Counted from the stretch's first letter, positions 48,975 through 58,616 are shown. The stretch is 64,000 nt of DNA from Candidatus Zixiibacteriota bacterium (GCA_024280775.1 JAJRPM010000014.1:78477-142476), one strand, 5' to 3'. Notes: generated by a model not told the origin, from the letters alone. Made by a program: numbers and translations.

Positions 48975-49679
48975 ATGTCAGCAAAGCCGGTCCTCATCAT
49001 TCAGAATCATCCGATAGAGACACCCGGGCGGATTGCTGATTTTTTGGAGTCACGTGAGATTCCCTTCGATGTGATTCATCCCTATCGCGGTGATGCATTC
49101 CCGGCGCCAGATACACTTTCCACTGTGATAACTCTTGGCTGTCCTGAGTCAGTCGCGGAGTTTCAGCAAAACCAATGGAGCGTTCGACTCTTTGATTATC
49201 TCGATGATATTGTTGACGCCGAGATTCCGTATTTGGGGATTTGCTATGGCTCGCAATTGATGGCCGCAAATCGCGGGGCGGCGGTTCTACCGAATCATCA
49301 AAAAGAAATTGGCGTGTATGACGTGACGCTAAACGACGCAGGTAAGGCCGATCCGATTTTCGCAGGGTTCCCGGAAACTTTCCCGGTGTTTCATTGGCAT
49401 GGTGATACGTTCGATATTCCGGAAGGTGCAACGAAGCTAGCAAGCGCCGAGATCTGCGCCAATCAGGTGTTCCGAATTGGCAAATGCTATGGAGCACAAT
49501 TTCATCTGGAAGCGGATTCAAAAAAACTCCCAATCTGGCTGGAAGAATACGCCGCTGAACTACCCGATGTAGACAAAACCGCAGAGCAAGTCCTCACAGA
49601 GTTCAAGAAAGTAGAAGCGGAGACCTCGCGGCTGTCGGATTTGTTGGTGGGGAATTTTCTTGGGGTGTCGGACAAATAA
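48975..49679 (+). CDS. Class I glutamine amidotransferase-like protein
   Basis: The nucleophile elbow is YLGICYGSQLMA and the His-Glu pair is in ..AQFHLEAD. No synthetase domain is attached. Confidence 0.7.
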   Translation: MSAKPVLIIQNHPIETPGRIADFLESREIPFDVIHPYRGDAFPAPDTLSTVITLGCPESVAEFQQNQWSVRLFDYLDDIVDAEIPYLGICYGSQLMAANRGAAVLPNHQKEIGVYDVTLNDAGKADPIFAGFPETFPVFHWHGDTFDIPEGATKLASAEICANQVFRIGKCYGAQFHLEADSKKLPIWLEEYAAELPDVDKTAEQVLTEFKKVEAETSRLSDLLVGNFLGVSDK

Positions 49680-49699
49680 CATGTCGAGATGGGACAAAG

Positions 49700-50191
49700 A
49701 TGTCACATAGTAAACTTGATCCGAAGATAGATGTCCTTTTGCAGACTTATGACCAGGCATACGACAAGACTGCGTGGCATGGGACTAATTTACGCGGTTC
49801 TCTGCGCGGGCTCAAGTTAGACGAATTGATTTGGAGGCCGGGCAAAGGGCGGCATAACATTTGGGAAATCGCTTTACATTGCGCGTACTGGAAGTATGTC
49901 GTTTGGAGAAAAATCACCGGCGGCAAAAAGGGCGCTTTCCCGCGCAAGCCTAGCGATTGGCCGAACCTGCCTTCCGAACCAAGCATGAAGACCTGGAAGG
50001 AAGATTTGGAATTACTGGAAGACTGGCATCAAACTTTGCGAGAAGAAATAACGAAGTTCGCGCCATCAAAGCTGAACTCAAGACCCGCGAATTCCAAAGT
50101 CAGCTACCTACAGACCATCTACGGTGTATCATCGCATGACCTGTACCACGCCGGACAGATTCAGCTCCTCAAGCGAATGATCAGGAAGTAA
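49700..50191 (+). CDS. DinB-family (DinB_2-like) metal-binding four-helix-bundle protein
   Basis: The 163-aa ORF has conserved His positions in ..WHGTNL.., ..IALHCAYWKY.. and ..SSHDLYHAGQIQLL. Confidence 0.6.
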   Translation: MSHSKLDPKIDVLLQTYDQAYDKTAWHGTNLRGSLRGLKLDELIWRPGKGRHNIWEIALHCAYWKYVVWRKITGGKKGAFPRKPSDWPNLPSEPSMKTWKEDLELLEDWHQTLREEITKFAPSKLNSRPANSKVSYLQTIYGVSSHDLYHAGQIQLLKRMIRK

Positions 50192-50217
50192 CCCGAAGTA
50201 GCAACATACTCACCAAC

Positions 50218-50434
50218 GTCTTGCCCGCGGAGGCGGGCATCCAGTCAAGCCGGAAAACTAGGCAATCTCCTCACCTACTGCACCTCTAGCTTGGATTTCT
50301 GTCTTGCCTTGCGCTACACATTCTAATGGCAGAACCAATCGTGAGAAATACGAGCAGTTGTGTTTGCTTGTTTCTATTTTCAGCGGGCTGCTTATATCGT
50401 GACTTGCCTGAGCGCCCGCCTTCGCGGGCGAGAC
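50218..50434 (-). repeat. R1 MITE-like element, copy 2 (reverse orientation)
   Basis: Its reverse complement aligns end to end with 35693-35908. The termini are GTCTTGCCCGCGGAGGCGGGC ... GCCCGCCTTCGCGGGCGAGAC. Confidence 0.8.
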
Positions 50435-50540
50435 AGCTTGGTAGGGCGATTTGTATTGATTGACACTACTGTGGTTTCTGCGTATTCCTATGATTCTTAA
50501 GCATGCACAACGAACATATCCCAAAGATACTCACAACTGC

Positions 50541-50593
50541 GTCTTGCCCGCGGAGGCGGGCATCCAGTCAAGCTGGGAGTTTAGACAATCTAC
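50541..50593 (-). repeat. R1 element, partial third copy (one terminus plus about 30 nt)
   Basis: GTCTTGCCCGCGGAGGCGGGCATCCAGTCAAGC..GACAATCT is identical or near-identical to the first ~50 nt of copy 2 and then diverges. The 5' flanks are also similar (ATACTCAC..AAC). Confidence 0.65.
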
Positions 50594-50688
50594 TCAACAA
50601 ACACTCCATCGGTCGGAAAGTCCTTCTTAACCTATGCTACGATTCTAATTATTGAATCGCCTATCAGGCATACGTAAAGCGCCAGTGA

Positions 50689-50743
50689 CGCGGCAATCTG
50701 ACGCTCTTAATCGACGAGATTGCCGCGCTGCGCTCGCAATGAC
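50689..50743. repeat. R5-related palindromic element
   Basis: The hairpin is CGCGGCAATCT...AGATTGCCGCG. It is followed by CTGCGCTCGCAATGAC, whose reverse complement GTCATTGCGAGCGCAG is related to the TGTCATGCTGAGCGTAG arms at 29090-29164. Confidence 0.55.
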
Positions 50744-50765
50744 TGCTTTCGTCGACGACTTGTAG

Positions 50766-51020
50766 TTACGGCATCTCCATCACTTGAGATAGCCGTATTG
50801 TGCCACCGTTGTCCAGAAACGGGTCGGTCTTGGTGATTTCGACGGCGGCGTCCATGTCTTCGGCTTTGACTACGGCGTAGCCTTTCATCGAATTCGGGTC
50901 GGTGTCATCTTGAACATCACCGGATGTCACTATTTTGGTTCCCATAAATGGGGTTCCGGGATTGACAACGGCGTCGCCAAGTCCTTCCACCCAGGATTTC
51001 CATTTGTTCATCTGGGCCAT
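50766..51020 (-). CDS. YCII/DGPF-like small protein; start uncertain and N-terminus possibly degraded
   Basis: The C-terminal ~85 aa read MAQMNKWKSWVEGLGDAVVNPGTPF..KIVTSG.V..D....MKGYAVVKAEDMDAAVEITKTDPFLDNGGTIRLSQVME, which fits the YCII-related fold pattern. The ORF is open up to 51230, but the upstream part does not look like the family N-terminus and would collide with the divergent gene. Confidence 0.5.
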   Translation of the reverse strand: MAQMNKWKSWVEGLGDAVVNPGTPFMGTKIVTSGDVQDDTDPNSMKGYAVVKAEDMDAAVEITKTDPFLDNGGTIRLSQVMEMP

Positions 51021-51219
51021 TCCTTCTTCTCGGTCGCAACGAAGGAGGGGCCGCCAAGGAGATTCTTCTTGCGAAATGCGGCCCGATTCAGTATATTTTC
51101 CTTCGAAATTACAGTTCGCAGTAGCTTTGCAACGTCCATAGCAGTCTTTCAAGATACTCAACCATCTCAATATTACGGTGTTCACTCGATTACGTTGTGG
51201 GCACAAGAAAGGTAGTAAA

Positions 51220-53019
51220 ATGCGGCCCATTCGTATTGTTACAGTTTTTCTCGCTTTGCTAATAGCTCCTGTTGGATTAGCGCAGGCTACACCGTTGACG
51301 CTTAATCACCAGGGTTTGCTCACAGACAACGGGGGAGTTCCTCTTAGTGGCTCTTTTAGCTTGTCGTTCAGCTTGTATTCTGCTCCTACAGGAGGAGTGG
51401 CGCTTTGGACCGAAGCTCAAACGGTTACTGTCACCAATGGCTTATATCAGGCGACGCTGGGAAATACTACACCTCTTAGCTCAGCGCTGTTTTCAGGCGC
51501 GCAACCTGCTACGCATCTTGGCGTGACAGTTGGTACCGATCCCGAGATTTCTCCGCGTTCGGCGCTATCTTCGGCTCCTTACTCGCTTAACTCAGCTTCG
51601 GTTGAAGGCTTCTCAAGCGGGCCGGGGAATGTGAATACAGGGGAATTCTCAATTGTCGGTGGCGATAATAATACAAACCACTCTGACCATAGCGCTGTCC
51701 TCAGCGGTACAGATAACCTAGTTGACGTTACACAATTCACAGACACTTTGTTCGACACCACAGGACTATCTCCTTCAGGAGGCGCATCTACAGCCAGGCT
51801 CGCCCTGGACCTCCCCGGTACCGGTACAATCCTGGGCGGGCACTCTAATACCATATCCGGCAACCACTCAATAATCTCACAAGGATGGTTTAACAACATT
51901 TTCGCCCCCTATAGTATCATAGGAACTGGCTTTGGCAATAACATAACAGCGCTAGCTAGATTCTCAGTAATCGCCGGAGGAGGCATCAACACGGCAAACG
52001 CTTGGACTTCAGTTATCTCTGGGGGAGCTTACAACACCACTTCAAACAATTTCCGTGGACAAACAATAAGTGGCGGCTGGTGGAATACTACTGACAGCAT
52101 CTACTCCACCATAGGAGGTGGCGAAAGCAACACTGCTTTGGGGCCGTTCTCAACGATCGGCGGTGGACAGGGCAACCGCACTCGCGGCGAGTTTTCCGCT
52201 ATTGGCGGCGGTCAGAACAATGAAACAGGTGTAGTTGCCGCTGTTGGTGGCGGTAGATTCAATAAGGCTTTTGGTGAATTCACCTTCATCGGTGGCGGTA
52301 TCGATAATGTCGCCAATGGGTTTTCATCCGCAATTGCCGGCGGTGTAGGTAATTTTGCATCAGGAGCAAACGGCGCAATTGGTGGCGGCGACGGCAACTT
52401 CGCAGGTCCGGGAGAGAATGCGACAGTTCCGGGTGGTTTCCGCAATGTGGCCAGCGCTCCGGGTTCTTTTGCCGCCGGTAGTAACGCCAAGGCCAAAGAC
52501 AGTTGCTCGTTTGTCTGGGCGGATTGTTGCCCTCACAGCGGAGGTATTGCCGGAGGAATGCCTTATTATTCTTCAGGCCCCAACACATACAACGCGCGCG
52601 CAACCAATGGCTTCTATTTCCTGACAACTTGCGATTCAATCTTCGATCCGGCGGCTGGTGTCGGTGGAGGAGTTTATGTCCCTGCCGGTGGTTCAATGTG
52701 GATGACTGGTTCTTCGCGGACACTCAAGAAGAACATCACACTGGTAGACGAAGATGACATTCTCAAACGCGTCGAAGCCATGCCTGTTTATCGCTGGAGT
52801 TACAAGACTCAGGGTGATGAAGTGCAACACATCGGTCCTATGGCTGAAGACTTCTATGAGACCTTTAGCCTTGGTGATAATGAGCGGGCAATCGGCACAT
52901 TAGACCCGGCGGGTGTATCACTTGCGGCCACTAAGGCGCTTATCAAAGAGAATAACGAACTAAAAGAACGCCTTGAGCGTTTGGAAAAACTAGTAAGTAA
53001 CTTGATTGAGCAAGACTAA
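51220..53019 (+). CDS. Secreted fibre-like protein: Gly-rich YadA-head-like repeats plus a C-terminal peptidase-S74 (intramolecular chaperone, tail-fibre/endosialidase type) domain
   Basis: The signal peptide is MRPIRIVTVFLALLIAPVGLAQA. The central repeats have the form S.I.GG..N.A.G.FS.IGGG. The C-terminus from about 52711 reads SSRTLKKNITLVDEDDILKRVEAMPVYRWSYK....VQHIGPMAEDFYETF......IGTLDPAGVSLAATKALIKENNELKERLERLE, matching the S74 Ser-x4-Lys autoproteolysis motif and its downstream helices. Confidence 0.7.
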   Translation: MRPIRIVTVFLALLIAPVGLAQATPLTLNHQGLLTDNGGVPLSGSFSLSFSLYSAPTGGVALWTEAQTVTVTNGLYQATLGNTTPLSSALFSGAQPATHLGVTVGTDPEISPRSALSSAPYSLNSASVEGFSSGPGNVNTGEFSIVGGDNNTNHSDHSAVLSGTDNLVDVTQFTDTLFDTTGLSPSGGASTARLALDLPGTGTILGGHSNTISGNHSIISQGWFNNIFAPYSIIGTGFGNNITALARFSVIAGGGINTANAWTSVISGGAYNTTSNNFRGQTISGGWWNTTDSIYSTIGGGESNTALGPFSTIGGGQGNRTRGEFSAIGGGQNNETGVVAAVGGGRFNKAFGEFTFIGGGIDNVANGFSSAIAGGVGNFASGANGAIGGGDGNFAGPGENATVPGGFRNVASAPGSFAAGSNAKAKDSCSFVWADCCPHSGGIAGGMPYYSSGPNTYNARATNGFYFLTTCDSIFDPAAGVGGGVYVPAGGSMWMTGSSRTLKKNITLVDEDDILKRVEAMPVYRWSYKTQGDEVQHIGPMAEDFYETFSLGDNERAIGTLDPAGVSLAATKALIKENNELKERLERLEKLVSNLIEQD

Positions 53020-53042
53020 TTGTCAGAACAGTAGAATTGTTA

Positions 53043-53081
53043 AGCCGGGAGTGACAATGTGTCGCTCCCGGCTTTGTTTTT
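53043..53081 (+). terminator. Intrinsic terminator of the fibre gene
   Basis: AGCCGGGAG-(13-nt loop)-CTCCCGGCT followed by TTGTTTTT. Confidence 0.7.
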
Positions 53082-53118
53082 GAATGACATTGAGCTTTCC
53101 ACTGGATTCAGGCGCCAC

Positions 53119-53156
53119 AAAAAAGCGCCGGGTCAGACGGTTACGCTTTTGGCGCT
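53119..53156 (-). terminator. Probable intrinsic terminator of the convergent lipoprotein gene
   Basis: The minus strand reads AGCGCC-(22-nt loop)-GGCGCT followed by TTTTTT. Confidence 0.45.
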
Positions 53157-53216
53157 TCCGCTTGACCCGACGCAGTTGGGATGCGTGGTAATTACATCCT
53201 GCTACTCTTTGGTCGG

Positions 53217-54434
53217 CTAGAACTCGTCATCACCCAGGACACGTCTTTCCCTGCCACCGTCATCGTCAATCATTCTGCGGCCACAGTTGAGTTTCCACTT
53301 GCCAGCGAATCGTCCGGCGATATTCGCATGTCTGGCCTCGCTACTGCGATAACGTCCGCGCATGAATCCGATAGGCGCTCTGTCGGCGCTGAAGATTCGG
53401 CCTTTGAAGTAACCGCCGGAATGTGTTCTGCCTGAATCGTTGGCATGGTCATTAGCTCTCGGAGCCCAGCCACCGCGCAGGAAGCCTTCGAAACGTCCGT
53501 TACCGGCAATCCATTTGCCCCAGAACATGCGACGTCCCTCATCGTTGACACCCCAGTGACCTAGAAGGTGTCCTTCGACGTTGCCGCGATTGGTCATCCA
53601 AACGCCACGAAACACTTGCTTGCCATCTTCATTGACTCCCCATTTGCCTTCAATATGACCCTTAGGACAGCTCTTACGATCAACGCGAGTTGACTGGATT
53701 AGGACTGCGCAGGAATCTTTGACATAGATAATAGTGTCGAGCGCCATAAGTTCGGAACCAGTGAAGCTGATAGTCAGCGGCTCAGTTGCGAATGTCAAAG
53801 TCAGTGGACTGTCAAATCTGGTAGTATCTACTATTTCCTCTTTGCGGTCAGTGATTACCGTGTCACCATCAACTATAGAGGTGTCAGTCACAACAACAAC
53901 AGTAGTGTCAAAGCGAACTGAATCAGGACGACGCGGGTTGAATACTTCAACCAATAAACCGTCATTATGAACAGTTGTTTGTGATTTCCATTCGATTAGA
54001 CGACGATCAGTGCGGGGAAGCAATTCATCCTGTCCGCGTTCAAAGCGGATAACCCGACGCACTACCTCAGCTCCACGACTGGTTGTCAATGAACCCGACC
54101 AATCGGTTGCAACTCCAACTGTGGAGTCAAAGTCTAGTTTGCCCCAAAGAATGCGCACCACAAAAGAGCGCGCCTCAGGGTCACGCTCCATATCGCGCAC
54201 TTCAGGTGTGGCGAGAATCGGGTCTGCTACTTCTTCGCCTACGGCTTCGGTTTCGATTTGGGCGAATTCCGGACTGCCAAAAGCCGGCTGTTCATTGCTG
54301 GCGGTGTAGCCACCAAATTCGGCGCTGTTGTTGGCCGTGTCGGTGTTTTGCGGCTCGTTAGGCGAATCGCTACAGCCAACTGACCAAAGCAGTAGGACTC
54401 CAACTAGGGCCGAAAGCGTGTAATAGCTTCTCAT
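53217..54434 (-). CDS. Lipoprotein of unknown function with C-terminal G-x-W/MORN-like repeats
   Basis: The preferred start MRSYYTLSALVGVLLLWSVGC gives a signal peptide with a lipobox. The C-terminal third repeats the pattern (F/L).G.W....G...G: HIEGKWGVNEDGKQVFRGVWMTNRGNVEGHLLGHWGVNDEGRRMFWGKWIAGNGRFEGFLRGGW. Confidence 0.55.
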   Translation of the reverse strand: MRSYYTLSALVGVLLLWSVGCSDSPNEPQNTDTANNSAEFGGYTASNEQPAFGSPEFAQIETEAVGEEVADPILATPEVRDMERDPEARSFVVRILWGKLDFDSTVGVATDWSGSLTTSRGAEVVRRVIRFERGQDELLPRTDRRLIEWKSQTTVHNDGLLVEVFNPRRPDSVRFDTTVVVVTDTSIVDGDTVITDRKEEIVDTTRFDSPLTLTFATEPLTISFTGSELMALDTIIYVKDSCAVLIQSTRVDRKSCPKGHIEGKWGVNEDGKQVFRGVWMTNRGNVEGHLLGHWGVNDEGRRMFWGKWIAGNGRFEGFLRGGWAPRANDHANDSGRTHSGGYFKGRIFSADRAPIGFMRGRYRSSEARHANIAGRFAGKWKLNCGRRMIDDDGGRERRVLGDDEF

Positions 54435-54764
54435 GCCCAGCTTTTCGACGGCGAGGGCCTTGTTAGCCTGTGAACGGTTTCTGTTGAGGTGAAAGTTTGT
54501 CATGGTACCTCCCTTGTAGTGAATCATACCGAACTTCATTTCGACTCTTCTTAGATTTCAGTTTTAGCAGGCCGGGCCTGCATCTGGTCTTCATATAGTC
54601 AAATAGGGCGCCGAAAATTCACCCCGCCGCATAACACTGCTCTACGTATAAACTTACGCGAACGGCGAGGGCTTAGATTGCTGGTAATTATCGGTTGATT
54701 GTACCGCTGGGTACGCGGTAGAGAGAGAATGTGTACAGTATGGTTCGGAGGGCGAATAGATGAA

Positions 54765-56228
54765 CTATTGCGACGGGGGGGGCAACTTGGAGGCGCTTGC
54801 TCTTGAAGCAGGGGAGCCGGTTACTCGCTGAATATCCTCAGCTGAAACCTTGCAGATGGAATACATGAATTTGCCGGACTTCGTTTTTTCGATTTTGTCT
54901 ACAAACTCGGGGTTGAGCTTTACTGGTTTGAGGAAGACATCCTCAACTTCTTTCTGCAAATAGGGCAGAACATCATCGTTGAATTTTTCGCCTCTGACTA
55001 TGCGCACTGTTAGTTCATTGATTCCGGTTTGAATATATTGAATCTGATTCACCCAGCCGGTTTCCGCCATTCTCATACCAGGAACATCTAGACCAGTGAA
55101 CCAGCTTCCGTCACTCCTAAGAAACATGTCGGTAACACGTCCGGCGACCGAAGTCATCAGCGGCATACCCGAAAAACAGCAACCACAGTCTTCCCGGGGG
55201 AAAGGTAAAGGACTTGCCACATCATCGGTGTCGTAGCGAATTAGCGGCATGGCCCGATTGTGCAAATCGGTGGTTACGATACGTTTGATGGAATCCGAAT
55301 CAACCTGGCCTTGCGCATGGTCAATGAACTCTACTTGGACATTGTCGCTCATGATATGCAAACCGCAATGCGCAGTGCATTCCTGCGAGACCATGCCCAA
55401 CTCTCGTGAGGCATAGCGGTCTAGCGCCCTGACACCGAAACACTTCTCTATTGCGGCATGGTCTTCCGGAGTAGTAGGCTCGGCAGTTACCAACACACCT
55501 CTTACAGGTGGCAATTCTATAGACTCACGCACGGCGAATCGTGAGAATGCCGCTATTGCTCTGGGGTAGCCGAACATCCAGGTGGGACGAGAGTTACAGA
55601 TTCGTTTTGCCAGAGCGGCGAGGTTTTCATCGTCGACGAAAGTGGCGTTGTAGGGCATCATGCGCCGCGAGAGGCCATTGGCGATTGTGTACTTTAGCTT
55701 GCGCATCACTTCGTCACTTGGAATATCATCAAGATGTCCCCAAAAATTCACCCAGGGTTCACCAATTTGCCAGCCGGCTTCTTCGTTGAGGAGCAATTCA
55801 AACGCCATGCGATAGTCCAGTACGTTTCCATCACGATAAAACATGAGTGGCTCCATAGTAGAGCCACCGGTTTTTGAGGACAGCATTTTGTGGCGCGGGA
55901 TTTCATCGGATAGGATATCCTCCATGTTCTCCCGCAAATCCTCGCGAGTGACAATCGGCAGGGATTTCAGAATGCTCTCTTGAGCTAGATCTTCACGTTT
56001 GACACCCGCATCGAGGAATCTCTTGTGATACCAAGAGCTGTGGTCGAAGGCATATTGTAGAATATCGGTTAGCGCCCGCTGTTGCCTGGCCTGGATTTCA
56101 TTGGCCGCCGATTTTTTGAAGTTAAGTTTACGGAGGCGCCTGAGATGGCGAAATGTCCCGTGTCGGCCATGGCGAAACAAGAAGAGTGGATAAGTGATTT
56201 TGCTTACGATTGTTTTCTGGCAGAACAT
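54765..56228 (-). CDS. Adenylate-forming enzyme of the phenylacetate-CoA ligase / CapK / F390-synthetase family
   Basis: The 487-aa ORF has a P-loop-like AMP motif LSSKTGGSTMEPLMFY, ..YASRELG.., and a family-typical C-terminal region ..KSGKFMY. Substrate is unknown. Confidence 0.6.
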   Translation of the reverse strand: MFCQKTIVSKITYPLFLFRHGRHGTFRHLRRLRKLNFKKSAANEIQARQQRALTDILQYAFDHSSWYHKRFLDAGVKREDLAQESILKSLPIVTREDLRENMEDILSDEIPRHKMLSSKTGGSTMEPLMFYRDGNVLDYRMAFELLLNEEAGWQIGEPWVNFWGHLDDIPSDEVMRKLKYTIANGLSRRMMPYNATFVDDENLAALAKRICNSRPTWMFGYPRAIAAFSRFAVRESIELPPVRGVLVTAEPTTPEDHAAIEKCFGVRALDRYASRELGMVSQECTAHCGLHIMSDNVQVEFIDHAQGQVDSDSIKRIVTTDLHNRAMPLIRYDTDDVASPLPFPREDCGCCFSGMPLMTSVAGRVTDMFLRSDGSWFTGLDVPGMRMAETGWVNQIQYIQTGINELTVRIVRGEKFNDDVLPYLQKEVEDVFLKPVKLNPEFVDKIEKTKSGKFMYSICKVSAEDIQRVTGSPASRASASKLPPPSQ

Positions 56229-56585
56229 AGTTATTCTTGTATTAGTAGTTGACGAAAATGCGGACCGAGGCCTATAGTCATTTCTGTCAGGGTTCGGCTA
56301 ATTATCAGCGCTTATTTACCGCCAGTCAAGAAGTAAAGTTCCCTCTGGGAGATCATTATCTCTCTCTTAATAATTGAATCGGCTATTTGGCTGGTTTGAT
56401 TGACCGGACGCGATTGGCGCCCTATGTTGGCCGCTCTATCGGCGCTGTTCGGGAGAGCGTTCTTGCAATATTTCCAGAGCAAAATCTGCCGATAAACTAC
56501 CAAAGAACCCCAAGCAGCTTCATTCGATTGGTTTTCGGGTTTGTTTGCTAAGGCTCAGAAAACAAGGTCTATAAAAGTAGAACAT

Positions 56586-58388
56586 ATGATTGATCAGTCT
56601 CGAATTCGCAACTTCTCGATAATCGCACATATCGACCATGGCAAATCCACTTTGGCCGATCGTTTATTGGAGGAAACCAATACCGTCGCTCAGCGAAATA
56701 TGCGCGCGCAGGCTCTTGATGATATGGATCTGGAGCGTGAGCGCGGGATAACAATTAAGGCTCATGCGATTCGTATGGACTATAAGTCCCCGAGTGGCAA
56801 ACTATATCAGCTGAATCTGATTGACACCCCGGGGCATGTGGATTTCACCTATGAGGTGAGCCGTTCTTTGGCGGCCTGCGAAGGAGCTTTGCTGGTTGTT
56901 GACGCCTCGCAGGGTATTGAGGCCCAGACGGTATCAAATCTCTACCTGGCGCTTGAGAGTGATTTGGAAATACTACCGGTTCTCAACAAGGTGGACTTAC
57001 CCTCGGCCAGACCCGATGAAATCACCGAGCAGATTATCGACCTGCTGGGATGTGAGATTGAGGATGTTATCCATTGTAGCGCCAAATCCGGGGTGGGAAT
57101 TCCTGAATTACTAGAAGCAATTGTGAAAAAAGTACCGGAGCCAAAAGGGGATCGCGATGCGCCTTTGAGAGCGTTGATATTTGATTCGGTGTTTGATTCA
57201 TACAAAGGCGCGGCGGCCTATATTCGGGTTGTCGACGGGGTTATGAAACTTCATGATCAGCTACAATTCTTTGCGCATGATAAGAAATTTGACGCCGATG
57301 AAATAGGATTTCGTAAGCTCAAAAATCATAAAGTCAAAGAAATCGGCGCCGGCGAAGTTGGATATCTGTATGCAGGAATCAAGGAAGTCTCCGAAACTAA
57401 GGTTGGAGACACTATCACAGCCGCAGAGAATCCAGCCAGCGAGCCATTGCCGGGATTCATTCCTATCAAGCCTATGGTGTTTTCGGGAATCTATCCCGCC
57501 ACTTCCGAAGAATACACAGCCCTCCGTGATGCGCTGGAGAAGTTGAAGCTTAATGACAGCGCTTTAACTTTCACTCCTGAAAGCTCAGTGGCGCTGGGTT
57601 TTGGATTTCGTTGCGGTTTTCTGGGGTTGTTGCATATGGAAATTGTCACCGAACGACTTAGCCGTGAGTTTGACCAGACTATTATCAACACGGTTCCGAA
57701 CGTCGAGTATATTGTGCACACCAATAAGGGTGACACTGTCACGGTGGATTCACCCGCTGAGTTACCCGCCGCATCGGATATTGACTACCTTGAGGAACCG
57801 ATGGTGGACGCCTCGATTATCACTCCGGCGGAGTATATTGGCGGCATTATGAAACTGGCCACCGAGCGCCGGGGGCAATTCAAGAATACAGAGTACCTTA
57901 CTACTGATAGAGTCAATCTGACTTTCATCTTTCCGCTGGCTGAAGTTATATTTGATTTCTATGACAAGTTGAAATCAATATCGCGCGGCTATGCTTCGTT
58001 TGATTATGGATTACCAGTATACCAAAGGGGCAAAGTTATCAAACTGGATGTGATGCTCAATGGCGATCCTGTTGATGCGCTCTCGGTAATTATTCATCGC
58101 GACAAGGCCTATCACTATGGCGTAGCGCTGACAGATAAACTTCGTTCTTTGATTCCCCGACAGCTATACGAAGTCGCTATTCAGGCGGCAATTGGTAGCA
58201 AAATAATCGCTCGCTGTTCGGTAAAAGCTATGCGCAAAAATGTCACCGCCAAATGCTACGGCGGAGATATAAGCCGCAAGCGCAAATTGCTGGAAAAACA
58301 AAAAGCCGGTAAGAAGCGCATGAAGATGGTCGGCTCAGTAGAAGTCCCGCAAGAAGCGTTTTTGGCGGCTTTGCAAATTGAGCGTTAA
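56586..58388 (+). CDS. lepA: Elongation factor 4 (LepA)
   Basis: [41 protein letters not shown].., and the LepA-specific C-terminus ..[33 protein letters not shown] use the ATG at 56586; the track starts 45 nt upstream. Confidence 0.95.
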   Translation: MIDQSRIRNFSIIAHIDHGKSTLADRLLEETNTVAQRNMRAQALDDMDLERERGITIKAHAIRMDYKSPSGKLYQLNLIDTPGHVDFTYEVSRSLAACEGALLVVDASQGIEAQTVSNLYLALESDLEILPVLNKVDLPSARPDEITEQIIDLLGCEIEDVIHCSAKSGVGIPELLEAIVKKVPEPKGDRDAPLRALIFDSVFDSYKGAAAYIRVVDGVMKLHDQLQFFAHDKKFDADEIGFRKLKNHKVKEIGAGEVGYLYAGIKEVSETKVGDTITAAENPASEPLPGFIPIKPMVFSGIYPATSEEYTALRDALEKLKLNDSALTFTPESSVALGFGFRCGFLGLLHMEIVTERLSREFDQTIINTVPNVEYIVHTNKGDTVTVDSPAELPAASDIDYLEEPMVDASIITPAEYIGGIMKLATERRGQFKNTEYLTTDRVNLTFIFPLAEVIFDFYDKLKSISRGYASFDYGLPVYQRGKVIKLDVMLNGDPVDALSVIIHRDKAYHYGVALTDKLRSLIPRQLYEVAIQAAIGSKIIARCSVKAMRKNVTAKCYGGDISRKRKLLEKQKAGKKRMKMVGSVEVPQEAFLAALQIER

Positions 58389-58425
58389 GTCGCTTTTCCC
58401 AATCGCATCCTCCAAAAGACAGTAG

Positions 58426-58456
58426 GGCAGAACCCGAAGCGGTTCTGCCTTTTTTT
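58426..58456 (+). terminator. Intrinsic terminator of lepA
   Basis: GGCAGAACC-CGAAGC-GGTTCTGCC followed by TTTTTTT. Confidence 0.8.
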
Positions 58457-58534
58457 GCTCAAGAAAACATGTTGTCAACGACAATCATTCGGATGTTCTG
58501 AGGAAGTAGCAAGCAGGCGTCATAATTCGAGAAA

Positions 58535-58560
58535 TGGCAGAACCGCTTCTGGTTCTGCCA
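58535..58560 (-). terminator. Mirror copy of the lepA terminator hairpin, downstream of tRNA-Lys
   Basis: TGGCAGAACC-GCTTCT-GGTTCTGCCA. This is essentially the reverse complement of the hairpin at 58426-58449. Confidence 0.45.
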
Positions 58561-58616
58561 TACTTGTTTGCTGCGATGAAAGTGTTAGTGAATGTAAATC
58601 TGTTACGGGGAAAAAG

